This document shows positions 39,329-50,354 of a stretch of 64,000 nt of DNA, piece after piece. Position 1 is the stretch's first letter, and each line of letters starts with the position of its first letter. Origin of the DNA: Trypanosoma brucei (Eukaryota); assembly GCA_000002445.1 (NCBI GenBank), contig CM000208.1, positions 1,440,001-1,504,000 of the forward strand, read 5' to 3'. Position numbers and translations under genes: made by a program. The notes under the pieces are model-generated. The model searched no databases and was not told the DNA's origin. It saw nothing but the letters and a program-made list of their open reading frames with translations.

Positions 39329-41686
39329 CTATACAACCAACGAGTCCATGTACCTCTGTGCCAAGGACGGATCCAACTCAGCCCGGCGCCGGAAGTGATG
39401 GTCTTCTTTTAGCTTACTCTTTAACAGTTGAAGTTTCTTCATACTCTCTGACGACACTTTCAAGGCACTGAGACGATCCTCACTCTTCTTAGCAGAATTG
39501 TAAAGCTTCTCACACGTTCGATTTCTGGGAATGGAGTGGCCGCGACGCGAAGGTGGCCGCGTTGAAGATCCACTCTCAACATTTGCCTTTCTCCTTCTAA
39601 TCGACGCCGCCGTAGGCTTATTTATGCTAAGAATCGCCTCCTGGCGGTTCCTACTCTGAGGCGAGTTTGTCCGCGGCCTGAAAGTGCACTCAGCCATCTG
39701 CGCTACCTCCATTTGGTTGCGTATAGCATTAAGATTGATTTCACTACGCCGCGCAAGGCGGGCATTAAGCAACTCCTCTTGTTCCCTATTTAGTCGCTTC
39801 GGACGAATATATTCTTGTAGCTTTTCTGGGTCATCGAGGAGTTTGGTACACAATACCGCGGCGCATTCCTCCTCTTCCTGAGGCGTGAGCATGCGTTCGG
39901 AGCTATCAAGGCCCACCTTCCGGAGAACTCGGGTAAACAAGAGTTCCTCCAGTTCCATCTGTTCCCTTTCTTGTCGAGCGCGTTGACGTCGTTCCTCATG
40001 CCATTCCCTAAATTTTGCCGCATCGCTGTACAGACGCTCGTGTAAACCATCATCGAAGCTCGACGAAGGTGTCCTACGTCTCCTTGGCGTACTTCCCTGA
40101 CTACTATGACGTCGGGCGGAGCTCTGTTGGTGCAACCGCTCAAACAGTTCACTACGTTTCCGCTCCACCTCCCTTCGCCGCCGGAGACGCCGCTCCTCAG
40201 TCTCATCGTCTTCACTGAGCAATTGGTTTCTGGCATTTTCTAGGTTCAGGTAAAGAAGCAAACGGGAACGACGCTCATCACGATCACGCCGATTGTTCAT
40301 GTGATACAACCGCACGTGCGGATCACTCAACATTGCCTGCTCCAGCTCCACGTCGAGTGACTGCATCTCGTCACGTACCGCCGTAAGTTCCTTCTCTATT
40401 TTCGCTAGTAACTCCTGACGCTTTTTTTGGCGCACTCGCATCGGTGAGCACGACGACCGGTGCACTTTAAACATCTCTAGTGCAGGGCTGGTAGCATGGG
40501 AGACGTTAGGATTCGTTCCCATCAGATAGTGCTGCGACACTGTCAAATCCGAATATCTAGGGGATGCTAGAAGGCATCTGCTACGTTGCGAATGTGGCGT
40601 ATCGAGCTGCGTATGGGGGCTTGGTCGTCGACTTCCCGTGTTAGACGAAGGTGGCTCATTGTTATAATATCTTGGCTTCCAGTCACCCGCTCTACCACGA
40701 GAATAACTACTCGCATCGGAATTCGTATAGCGTCCTTCACTTCGATGCGAGCCGTAACTCCTACGACCACCGTCGGTTCGTGAGGCACTGCGTATCCCTT
40801 CTCTTCTTCCACTCAGTGGTGTCACACTACCACTCCCGCTTCGTCGGCTCCGCGATGAGTGCCTGCCGCCAGGTCCTCGTCTGCTGTCAAGGCTCGACGC
40901 AGATGAGCACCTGTTACCTCGGAGCCCACGTTGCTCTTGGACTTCATGCTCGAAAAAACAAGATTTCACGGAAGAGCGTTTGATGGGTGTCGCGCTCCCA
41001 GCTCTGCGACGCTCATTTGCCAACCCGGATGAAGCGGGTGTGCCATGACGGACCGCTTCTGCCGGTCGACATGAATTGAGGGGTGCTCCATCTGCGGTGT
41101 CGGTAGACAACTTACTACGATTGGGGCTCAGGAGAGAGGAGGCTGATGTGCCTCGCATGTTAGAGGATGGTTCAACCTCAAACACAATACTTGTCGTGGT
41201 TGGAGACCTGGACAACACTGACTCACCATCGACAAAAGTGAATTTAATGGATGACGCACGATCATCATCATCGACAGCAACAACAGAACTGATATTGCCA
41301 ACAGCATGTTTATTTATCTCGAAGGGCTTCTCAACCTCTGCACTCGTAGGCAGGGTGCCACCCTTGCCATTGAGAGGTTTACTCCGGCCAGCAACATTGG
41401 AGTCAGAAGTCTTATTTGAGCGCTCATGCTTTTGGTCAAACGTGGAGAATTCATCGCCGAGCACTCTCACCGTTGGAGCTGGTACGGAATCGTTCACACA
41501 TTCAAATATTTCTTCCACACTCGCTCCCTCAACCCTATCTTGGGTGACGTCATGAAACCTGTTGCTGTGCGGTGACGGAGCGAGCGAGGGAAGCACCATT
41601 ACGGGAGACACTTGATCCTGTACGGCAACCGCGCCCCGCGGTGGGGGAGGCGTGTCCGGTGTTGACGCACCAGTTTCCCTCGACAA
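39329..41686 (-). CDS. Hypothetical basic, Ser/Arg-rich protein with C-terminal coiled-coil
   Basis: 785-aa ORF. The N-terminal and central parts are S/R/P-rich and disordered. The C-terminal third is a charged helical region (LRRRREVERKRSELFERLHQQ..., REQEELLNARLARRSEINLNAIRNQMEVAQMAECTFRPRTN). No domain assigned. Confidence 0.45.
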   Translation of the reverse strand: MSRETGASTPDTPPPPRGAVAVQDQVSPVMVLPSLAPSPHSNRFHDVTQDRVEGASVEEIFECVNDSVPAPTVRVLGDEFSTFDQKHERSNKTSDSNVAGRSKPLNGKGGTLPTSAEVEKPFEINKHAVGNISSVVAVDDDDRASSIKFTFVDGESVLSRSPTTTSIVFEVEPSSNMRGTSASSLLSPNRSKLSTDTADGAPLNSCRPAEAVRHGTPASSGLANERRRAGSATPIKRSSVKSCFFEHEVQEQRGLRGNRCSSASSLDSRRGPGGRHSSRSRRSGSGSVTPLSGRREGIRSASRTDGGRRSYGSHRSEGRYTNSDASSYSRGRAGDWKPRYYNNEPPSSNTGSRRPSPHTQLDTPHSQRSRCLLASPRYSDLTVSQHYLMGTNPNVSHATSPALEMFKVHRSSCSPMRVRQKKRQELLAKIEKELTAVRDEMQSLDVELEQAMLSDPHVRLYHMNNRRDRDERRSRLLLYLNLENARNQLLSEDDETEERRLRRRREVERKRSELFERLHQQSSARRHSSQGSTPRRRRTPSSSFDDGLHERLYSDAAKFREWHEERRQRARQEREQMELEELLFTRVLRKVGLDSSERMLTPQEEEECAAVLCTKLLDDPEKLQEYIRPKRLNREQEELLNARLARRSEINLNAIRNQMEVAQMAECTFRPRTNSPQSRNRQEAILSINKPTAASIRRRKANVESGSSTRPPSRRGHSIPRNRTCEKLYNSAKKSEDRLSALKVSSESMKKLQLLKSKLKEDHHFRRRAELDPSLAQRYMDSLVV

Positions 41687-42102
41687 TACGTGGATGAATC
41701 ATCTTCTGACATCGTTTGAATCCCCATCCGGTAACCCTCCTTCACTGTCTTTTTATGCGATATAAAATGAAACACGGCCACCGCAACGGGTTACGCAGTC
41801 GAGATGCACCAAAAGCGCCAACACTGAGGGATGTGTAATCCTCTCAAACAGCGTAGCTTTCCAAAACTGTAATCACTAAGGAAAAACACGAACAAAGAAA
41901 ATGACGGTAACACTTCACCAAGGAATTAAGGTACGACCGCACAACGCAGCCACAAATGAAGCGGTGTTGTCAGTGAAAATAATAATAATAATAACCGTAC
42001 ATTTACACGTTAATTTCCACCCCCTCCGCCCAACACACACACTTCCCCCATGGTGTTGATAACAAATGGAAAGGGCGCCGTTAAAACATCCGTACCCTAC
42101 AC

Positions 42103-44478
42103 TCAGGAAAGTTTTTTCCGTTTTACTTTTTTATTCTTACCTTTCGACCGTATGACGTCTTTAACCGATTGTGTTCTGTGCCGCTTTCCGGGAGCACTGG
42201 CACCTTCACGCTCTGAAATGAGTGTTTCACCTTCACGGTGCCGCTTGCGTTCAAGCTGACATTTTTTATCTACGTCTCCACTTGAGGAAAGCTCGGGCTC
42301 TTTACTTTTCGAGTTAATGATTTGTGGTGCTTCCACGTAGTCGTGAGAAATGCGCAACGCCTTGAAGAGTATATCTCTCCGGGTAGCGTCCGTAGCTGCA
42401 TTGCTTTTGTGGTTGGTTTGTTCACTCACAAGAACAGGTGCCATGCGACGTAGCTCGAAGCTGTAAGACATTTTTGCACATGATCTGCCAGTAGTCAAGA
42501 GGCCACTGCTCGACAGGGCGGCAACTCCTTTTCCTTCGTCTCCCGCAACGGCGCCGAGTGTAGATGTGGCGGTCTCTTTACCGGCAAGCGCGCCCAAAGT
42601 GGGTACACACAACTCAATCGTGCGACGCCATGCCAAGAGCAACCGAGAAAACGTGGACAACCTACCACCAAATTCTGCGACGCTGTTGGAAATTTTGCTG
42701 TAGTTTCTCGGACTATGTTTGAGGCAATCCATAATGTTCTTGCGACTCACCTCCGCTGTCGTGAATGGTGCAAGAAATCTTGATAACTGTACGCAGCGCT
42801 GTGCACCAGAGGCCGTAACGGCGGATGCGAGTGTGCCCGCAACGTCCGTTTGAAGCACCATTCGACTTTCCCCACGACCGGACCGTATCCTAGCTGCAGT
42901 TATTGCCTCTTCAACAGCCGACACGCCCTTAGCAGCGCTGGACAACACATCTGTTGTAGCCGAACCTACAAGTGGAAAGTGCAACGTTCTCTTCTTTGTT
43001 TGGTTGAGCACTGACAGAAAGGCCGCAACACTAGGAACGGAAACCACCTCTGAAATATTCCTTGTGTCCAAAAAAGTATCGTCCACTCGACCCGCCGCTA
43101 CCCTTCCAACGTTGCAAGCAACGATGTATCGGAGAGCAGCGTAAGCGGCATGCGAAAGATACAACAAGGCCCTTTCTTTGTCTTCATCGGTCATTGGGCG
43201 TGATTGTACATCTGCATACTGTGCTGTATCCAGTAAAGTGCACAGAAAGGAACAATCTACGACAACGGAAGCAATATCATCAGATTGCTGGTCCTTTATA
43301 CTAAGGATGCCGTTGAGGTCAAACAGCGTGCGGCCCATCTCTTTCTCCCTTTCCGACTCAGCAGTATTGTATTTCATCTTGCAGTACGCCCTCCAGCATG
43401 ACTGAATATCCACTTTTGTTGCGCCACGGATGACAGGTGGTACACTGCCTCCGTTTCCCATAACGATAATGAAGAGGAACACCATGTCCACACAGCTGTT
43501 CTGAAGAATTTCAGCCACAGCTGCTTGAGAAACCATGGTTGGCACGCAAGTGGATGGACCTGCTTTCGGTGGGTGCAGTTCATTGTCCATATTGCCGCCA
43601 CCATTACGAGTATCCCTGAGACCTTCACTTTGCGCGTGGTCATCGTCATCATCTGAGTCACCTAACACAACACGGACACCAGTCGAGACCATTGGTCCAT
43701 CAACCTTCTTCCTGCGAGTAATTTGCTCCTCTCCATCTCCCTCCGTTTCCATTTGTTCGGCATGGAAAATGCTATCGGTGCTTCCGACTGGACCGCTATC
43801 GACCGTCATATCCTTCTCTTCCTCCACACTCGTCTCCGCGCCGCTAATAAACGCCTCCATGCATACGCCAACATGAGCCAATACGTGTGAAACACGAAGC
43901 ACGCACATATCAATCATCGTGTCGCGCAACTTTGTTACGATGGAAACTGTATGGGGTGCAGGACCACAAAGAGCGCCACAGAGAACGTCAGAATCTTCCG
44001 ATACCATGCAGAAAGTTGGTAGTTTATCGCTTCCACCATTGGTAAAAACTTGCATTATAATGAACCTCTGAATGTCCAATATCTTGTAATCTGCTTCACC
44101 AGCAACATGACGACCACTGATTAAGACTTGTGGAACGCTCTCACCCCCACATTGCTCGTAATGGCGCTGCAGGTCGCTGCCAAAGCGCTGAATGACCACA
44201 TCAGTGTCCAACACTGTCGAGTGCGTCCGTTGAGCCCTCGCCGTGTCACTGCGCTGCCGTTGCCCGTCTACAGCGAAAATAACAGCTTGACGCACCTGCA
44301 CTTGGGAACGACGAAGGAACGCCCCCAACACCTCAAGACCAATGGTTTGGGCTGCATTTGTAGCATCAATTAGAATAAAGTCAAAGCACAGAGGCGTTGC
44401 AACACTGTCCCGGGGTAACCGGCAGAGCGCCCCCGGGGCCGTGCGGGATACAAACTTTAGAAAGTCTGGCACACCCAT
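42103..44478 (-). CDS. XRN-family 5'-3' exoribonuclease-like protein (divergent; short XRNB/C/D-like class)
   Basis: 791-aa ORF beginning MGVPDFLKFVSRTAP. That start matches the MGVPKFFRW start of XRN1/XRN2. The acidic motifs are also present: LIDATN (corresponds to LYLDMNGIIH), AVDGQRQR (corresponds to AIDGVAPRAK), GEADYKI (corresponds to GEGEHKI) and EDSDVL (corresponds to LDADLIML). The C-terminus is K/R-rich. Confidence 0.55.
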   Translation of the reverse strand: MGVPDFLKFVSRTAPGALCRLPRDSVATPLCFDFILIDATNAAQTIGLEVLGAFLRRSQVQVRQAVIFAVDGQRQRSDTARAQRTHSTVLDTDVVIQRFGSDLQRHYEQCGGESVPQVLISGRHVAGEADYKILDIQRFIIMQVFTNGGSDKLPTFCMVSEDSDVLCGALCGPAPHTVSIVTKLRDTMIDMCVLRVSHVLAHVGVCMEAFISGAETSVEEEKDMTVDSGPVGSTDSIFHAEQMETEGDGEEQITRRKKVDGPMVSTGVRVVLGDSDDDDDHAQSEGLRDTRNGGGNMDNELHPPKAGPSTCVPTMVSQAAVAEILQNSCVDMVFLFIIVMGNGGSVPPVIRGATKVDIQSCWRAYCKMKYNTAESEREKEMGRTLFDLNGILSIKDQQSDDIASVVVDCSFLCTLLDTAQYADVQSRPMTDEDKERALLYLSHAAYAALRYIVACNVGRVAAGRVDDTFLDTRNISEVVSVPSVAAFLSVLNQTKKRTLHFPLVGSATTDVLSSAAKGVSAVEEAITAARIRSGRGESRMVLQTDVAGTLASAVTASGAQRCVQLSRFLAPFTTAEVSRKNIMDCLKHSPRNYSKISNSVAEFGGRLSTFSRLLLAWRRTIELCVPTLGALAGKETATSTLGAVAGDEGKGVAALSSSGLLTTGRSCAKMSYSFELRRMAPVLVSEQTNHKSNAATDATRRDILFKALRISHDYVEAPQIINSKSKEPELSSSGDVDKKCQLERKRHREGETLISEREGASAPGKRHRTQSVKDVIRSKGKNKKVKRKKLS

Positions 44479-46033
44479 ATATAAATAAATAAATAATATA
44501 TATATATATATGCCGCTACTTGGCGTCAGCTATATCAGACAATTCCTCTACTCACTGATGAGGAGAGACAAGTTCTCTTTTTTTTAAAATTTTTATCAAC
44601 TAACCTATCCCTATTAAACGACTTTCAAAGGTAACATATTCATGACAATAACAAAAGCAAATGCCAAAGGCAATAATGAGACAGCTGGTGAGGTACACCC
44701 TATATGCTTCAGGAATAGTAAACCAAAAAGGTATTGCAACATGAGAAAGAAAGCTAAAGAGAAAGACTCAAACAAAAATAGAAGAATGGTAGGTACGTTA
44801 TGGTGTCTCGCTAATCCGAAAGAAAACTAAGAATTTTAAAAAAAAGAGGTGAAAAGCCCAAGAATAAAAAAAAAAATATCGCGCACCATCACAATGGAAC
44901 TAACCAAACGACCGAAGCCATCCCTTTATGTAAGGAAAGGAAGAAGAGAAAAAGAGTACAACTGAAAGGGCTTCATGCACATGCTTCCCCTCTAAAAGGC
45001 TTAACCATGGGTTACTAAGGCAGCTAACTATTCCAACCACACACATATTACAGTTAGAGAACAGGAAATGCAACGACCGCGATAATGGCGCCGCTGACAG
45101 CAGGTTTAACGGGCACATTTGGCATGTCATCTACGGCTACTGCAAAACAAAAAGAAGGAAAGAAAGAAAGGAAACAGCAGCAACAACGGAAGCCAAAAAA
45201 ATACACCAAAAATGGATATATACATCCATATAACGCCGCTGATGAGAGAACATACAATAAGAAGAGATAATAACCGCACCATTAGATACCCTAATGCCCG
45301 CACAGAAAAATAAAAAGGAAAACATTATATGGAGGGAGATGTATACCTCTCTACATATATCATATGTTTTGTATATTAAGTATTATATAATATATATTTC
45401 GTACGTATCAAAAACGTTGAATGCTGATAATAATAATAATGATAATCAAGTAGGTGACAAAGGTAACAAGTTGGTGGAGAGCATACACCATGACACCAAC
45501 CCATGGTTACTATGATACCACCAACACCAAATAAACACATACATGCATCTATGTACATAAACTAAATTAAAAGTACATACCATACATATCGATAAGGAGA
45601 AAAACCTACAAATAATATTATTTACTATGAAGCATTAATGACGGCATATAGTCACCGTTCACATCACCGAACTAAACCGCCGGTACATATCAATGGCTTC
45701 AAAAACTCAATCACAGGAATGACAATAAAAAACAAAACAAACAAAAAAAGGAAAAAACCAACGATAAACCTAAAAAGGAAAGAAAAACAACAACCCTTAG
45801 GGAAATAAAATTACATTGCCTTTCCACAGACATTCCAACCCAGAACATCTTAAATACAGAAAAAGAGAAAAAAATCAAATAATCGAAAATAAAAACAAAA
45901 CTACAAATCAATGAAAAGAAATATTAACCAGCAGCGAACACAAAAAAATAGAGAAAAAGAAAACAACAAATCTTAAACCGTACAGTCACAAAAAATAAAA
46001 CATTATAAATTCAAAAGGAAAAAGTATAAAGCT

Positions 46034-47506
46034 TTACAATCCAAGAACCTCCTGTATTTTCTGCATCCATGCATCACGCTTAGCAGGGCTACGGGCTTGA
46101 AAAAGAAGACGCCTCCCTGCCTTGAAAGCAACAGCGAACACGTTAGGAGCGTTGGAGCCGGTATACTTGCTCGGCACCGGGAATACATCCTCCAGGTCCG
46201 TGAATGGAGTGGCAATACACTGCCGTTGCAAAGTGTCTTTTGAAATGGCAAGCACAAGGTGAAGACTCTTAAACTTCGGAAGCTTCCCAACACTAAGGTC
46301 CTCACCATTCTCGAGCTCAGCACGGATGCACAGGTATCGTCGCTTCCATGACATGTCACTACTCTGTTTCTTTATTATACCCTCATACAGTGTCACGTCA
46401 CCAAGGCCACTGCAGGGAGTTGCACCCTCCAGTACCGCAGTGGATATCGCGGTACTGTACGATTCATCCATCTGCTTAACAACACTTCGTTTGTCAGCTC
46501 GTAGTAGTTGCTTAATGTTACGGATATCGGAAGGAATCACGTCACGTAGTGGACCTTCAAATGCTGGTTGTGTTTGCACAATCTCAAGCAAACCAGACAT
46601 AAACAGTTTGCAGATGGGCATATCCAACAACTTCCCACTGCAAGGTCGCTGCTTAGGATCACTGCTCAACAAAAGGGAAACAATTTCAGCCATCTCGGGA
46701 CTCGTTTCAGGTGGTAACGGATCGTACTGTCCGCTCAGGGTTCTATTCATCACATCACGCATACTCTCCCCATCAAAAGGACGCCTGAGTGTCAACAGTT
46801 CATATAAGAGGACACCAAGAGAGAACAAGTCGGCTTTCTTGCTGTATGGTTTCCGACGCCAAATCTCCGGTGCAACGTAATATGGCGTACCACAGAACGT
46901 CTTTCCAACATCATCAGAGACTGTCGCAGAATACATTTTGGTGAATCCAAAGTCTCCAAGCTTTATTAGGCCGTTGCTGCACAGGAGGATGTTCGCTGAC
47001 TTGATATCACGATGGATCATATGCCGCGAGTGTACATGATGAAGTGCAAGGAGAACCTGAATGAACAACAACCCAGCCTCATGCTCACGGAATGCGCGTG
47101 ATGTTTTTGCACGGCTTTTGATTTCCTGCCGGAGGTCTCCAGCATTTGCGTAGTCGAGCACCAGTGCTATCATCAGCACATTCACCTCATTCTGTGGATC
47201 TTTCTTTGCAAAGTCCTCATGGCACTTCAGGATTGAAAAGAAATCACAGTTCATCAAACAGTGTACCTCAGCCTGTGCGCGGTTTTTGTCTCCTTCGTTC
47301 ATACCTTCCAAGTCCACAACCTTCACTGCAAACGTTTCACCATCGGACGTCCGTTTGGCACACAACACCGTACCGGTGGCACCTGAACCCAGAACCCGTT
47401 TAATCCAATATTTCTTCTTCTGCTCTTTCGCTGTGGCTTCGTCTTTTGCGAAAGCCTCACCGAAGGTGCGGCACACACGCCCAATCATTGCATCCGTTGA
47501 CGACAT
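46034..47506 (-). CDS. NEK (NIMA-related) Ser/Thr protein kinase with C-terminal PH domain, tandem copy 1
   Basis: 490-aa ORF. Kinase motifs are LGSGATGTV (Gly loop), FAVKVV (VAIK), HRDIKSANILL (NEK-type catalytic loop), LGDFGFTK (DFG) and YYVAPEIW (APE). A C-terminal PH-like domain is present (GIIKKQSSDMSWKRRYLCIRAELENGEDLSVGK...FQARSPAKRDAWMQKIQEVLG). Confidence 0.8.
   Translation of the reverse strand: MSSTDAMIGRVCRTFGEAFAKDEATAKEQKKKYWIKRVLGSGATGTVLCAKRTSDGETFAVKVVDLEGMNEGDKNRAQAEVHCLMNCDFFSILKCHEDFAKKDPQNEVNVLMIALVLDYANAGDLRQEIKSRAKTSRAFREHEAGLLFIQVLLALHHVHSRHMIHRDIKSANILLCSNGLIKLGDFGFTKMYSATVSDDVGKTFCGTPYYVAPEIWRRKPYSKKADLFSLGVLLYELLTLRRPFDGESMRDVMNRTLSGQYDPLPPETSPEMAEIVSLLLSSDPKQRPCSGKLLDMPICKLFMSGLLEIVQTQPAFEGPLRDVIPSDIRNIKQLLRADKRSVVKQMDESYSTAISTAVLEGATPCSGLGDVTLYEGIIKKQSSDMSWKRRYLCIRAELENGEDLSVGKLPKFKSLHLVLAISKDTLQRQCIATPFTDLEDVFPVPSKYTGSNAPNVFAVAFKAGRRLLFQARSPAKRDAWMQKIQEVLGL
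46038..47506. repeat. Tandem segmental duplication, unit A (kinase CDS)
   Basis: Near-identical to 48208-49676. Homology begins just inside the 3' end of the CDS and stops abruptly at the ATG. The flanks are unrelated. Confidence 0.85.
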
Positions 47507-48191
47507 TCCAAACTACGTGTTATGTTCCCTAATGGAAGCACTTCTAGGTGCTTAGCAGAACTTTGACAGGGACAAAAAGATATTGTAGCAGAGGAATACA
47601 AAACAAAACAGAGAATTAGAGGCGTATTTATGTCGTTATATTTTTCTCTTAGGCTTAATATATGATAGAAGTAATGCTTGACGCGTGATGTACGGCTTTA
47701 CACTTTGGTTAAGCAGTCGTACCAAACTGTATTTGAACGTACGAGTCACCCAACATATACGGATACACACTCGCACGCAACATATTTCAATTTTCGAACA
47801 GCAATAAAGCTTACGACAGAGAATCGCTCGAAAGCATTCGCCTTCTTCCGCGGAGTATATTTTGCTAGATGTAATAGATTACATGATTCACCAAGGAAAG
47901 ACAACAGCTGAGTAGTTATACACGAACATATGATATGTAGCGTAATACTAACAGACTAAAAATGGAAAGCCATCTCCTTCTTTAAAGAAAAATACGACAT
48001 TGAAACAAGCTATACAAAATACACAAGTATTCCCTACCCTAGAACACCCCGATTATATAGAGGGAAAGAGTAAGAGAGGAAAGCATCTCATGCGGCAATA
48101 ATACGCCGCGCATATTCGCGTATATATAGTTATATATGCCCTCACAAACGCGAGGAAGGGTAAACACGTTGCGGCGCAGGAGTGGCACGGT

Positions 48192-49676
48192 TCACTCAGC
48201 ATCACCAATGCCAAGAACCTCCTGTATTTTCTGCATCCATGCGTCACGCTCAGGAGTGCCGCGGGCTTGAAAAAGAAGACGTGAACCTCCGACAAATACA
48301 ACAGCGAACACGTTAGGAGCGTTGGAGCCGGTATACTTGCTCGGCACCGGGAATACATCCTCCAGGTCCGTGAATGGAGTGGCAATACACTGCCGTTGCA
48401 AAGTGTCTTTTGAAATGGCAAGCACAAGGTGAAGACTCTTAAACTTCGGAAGCTTCCCAACACTAAGGTCCTCACCATTCTCGAGCTCAGCACGGATGCA
48501 CAGGTATCGTCGCTTCCATGACATGTCACTACTCTGTTTCTTTATTATACCCTCATACAGTGTCACGTCACCAAGGCCACTGCAGGAAGTTGCACCCTCC
48601 AGTACCGCAGTGGATATCGCGGCACTGTACGATTCATCCATTTGATTTACAATGCTTCTTTTCTCAGCTCGTAGTAGTTGCTTAATGTTACGGATATCGG
48701 AAGGAATCACGTCACGTAGTGGACCTTCAAAGCCCGGTTGTGTTTGCACAATCTCAAGCAAACCAGACATAAACAGTTTGCAGATGGGCATATCCAACAA
48801 CTTCCCACTGCAAGGTCGCTGCTTAGGATCACTGCTCAACAAAAGGGAAACAATTTCAGCCATCTCGGGACTCGTTTCAGGTGGTAACGGATCGTACTGT
48901 CCGCTCAGGGTTCTATTCATCACATCACGCATACTCTCCCCATCAAAAGGACGCCTGAGTGTCAACAGTTCATATAAGAGGACACCAAGAGAGAACAAGT
49001 CGGCTTTCTTGCTGTATGGTTTCCGACGCCAAATCTCCGGTGCAACGTAATATGGCGTACCACAGAACGTCTTTCCAACATCATCAGAGACTGTCGCAGA
49101 ATACATTTTGGTGAATCCAAAGTCTCCAAGCTTTATTAGGCCGTTGCTGCACAGGAGGATGTTCGCTGACTTGATATCACGATGGATCATATGCCGCGAG
49201 TGTACATGATGAAGTGCAAGGAGAACCTGAATGAACAACAACCCAGCCTCATGCTCACGGAACGTGCGTGAAGCTTTTGCACGGCTTTTGATTTCCTGCC
49301 GGAGGTCTCCAGCATTTGCGTAGTCGAGCACCAGTGCTATCATCAGCACATTCACCTCATTCTGTGGATCTTTCTTCGCAAAGTCCTCATGGCACTTCAG
49401 GATTGAAAAGAAATCACAGTTCATCAAACAGTGTACCTCAGCCTGTGCGCGGTTTTTGTCTCCTTCGTTCATACCTTCCAAGTCCACAACCTTCACTGCA
49501 AACGTTTCACCATCGGACGTCCGTTTGGCACACAACACCGTACCGGTGGCACCTGAACCCAGAACCCGTTTAATCCAATATTTCTTCTTCTGCTCTTTCG
49601 CTGTGGCTTCGTCTTTTGCGAAAGCCTCACCGAAGGTGCGGCACACACGCCCAATCATTGCATCCGTTGACGACAT
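48192..49676 (-). CDS. NEK Ser/Thr protein kinase with C-terminal PH domain, tandem copy 2
   Basis: 494-aa ORF, about 97-98% identical to copy 1 across the CDS. The differences are scattered substitutions plus a diverged extreme C-terminus (VFVGGSRLLFQARGTPERDAWMQKIQEVLGIGDAE versus AFKAGRRLLFQARSPAKRDAWMQKIQEVLGL). Confidence 0.8.
   Translation of the reverse strand: MSSTDAMIGRVCRTFGEAFAKDEATAKEQKKKYWIKRVLGSGATGTVLCAKRTSDGETFAVKVVDLEGMNEGDKNRAQAEVHCLMNCDFFSILKCHEDFAKKDPQNEVNVLMIALVLDYANAGDLRQEIKSRAKASRTFREHEAGLLFIQVLLALHHVHSRHMIHRDIKSANILLCSNGLIKLGDFGFTKMYSATVSDDVGKTFCGTPYYVAPEIWRRKPYSKKADLFSLGVLLYELLTLRRPFDGESMRDVMNRTLSGQYDPLPPETSPEMAEIVSLLLSSDPKQRPCSGKLLDMPICKLFMSGLLEIVQTQPGFEGPLRDVIPSDIRNIKQLLRAEKRSIVNQMDESYSAAISTAVLEGATSCSGLGDVTLYEGIIKKQSSDMSWKRRYLCIRAELENGEDLSVGKLPKFKSLHLVLAISKDTLQRQCIATPFTDLEDVFPVPSKYTGSNAPNVFAVVFVGGSRLLFQARGTPERDAWMQKIQEVLGIGDAE
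48208..49676. repeat. Tandem segmental duplication, unit B (kinase CDS)
   Basis: Partner of 46038-47506. A 685-nt unique spacer (47507-48191) separates the two units. Confidence 0.85.
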
Positions 49677-50326
49677 TTTAAATTATTAAATGTTAGCTAC
49701 TAATTCATAAATTAGAAAGAGCGTTGAAGAATTTTTTTTTGATGGGTGGTGGGGAAGTGTAATGTTTTTGAATTGTATGTTCGTTGTATCACAGTTTTAT
49801 TATTTTCATCGATGTTTCGCTATCGATGATGGTGTCGGTCTTGTGATTTTATTAGATTCTTCAAAGCGGGTCTCACTTTTATTATTATTTGGAGTGGCTG
49901 AACCGCACTTTTCTGTTGGTTATGCGATGAACGAAGTATATGCTGGGTTCTTCACTGTTATTAAGTCTCCTTTGTGAACGAAACCAGAGGCGTATCCGAC
50001 GTCTGCAATATTCGTATCACGCTGTTTATATTCGTTATTGTTTAAAATGCAAAAAAAAAAGATGATTTAGAACTTTCCGGTCAAAATGAGAATCCCCGAA
50101 ACTTACCACACCGCTGAATTATAAATAGCAGAGGAAAGGAAAGGAAACAAATGGGAGTTTACTTGGCGACGTATATAATAAATGACTTTCGGTTGGTCCG
50201 TTCAACAGCGCCTGCTTGCTGAAACAAATTCTCGCATTTTGATTTGCAATCAGTTTTTCCTTACGAGGAGTGTGCCACGCATTATCCTGGAATATCTATC
50301 GCAGAATATCTCACTAACCTTAGATG

Positions 50327-50354
50327 TATAATAATAATAATAATAATAATAATG
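50327..50354. repeat. (TAA)n microsatellite
   Basis: ataataataataataataataat, about 9 units. Confidence 0.85.

Noticed and set aside
46003-46359. Duplicated 118/158-aa ORFs beginning MTCHGSDDTC (also 48053-48529), overlapping the 3' ends of the two kinase genes in another frame.
   Set aside because: They are duplicated only because they sit within the duplicated kinase CDS. The second copy runs out into unrelated flank. The composition is not protein-like and the kinase frame is clearly the real one.
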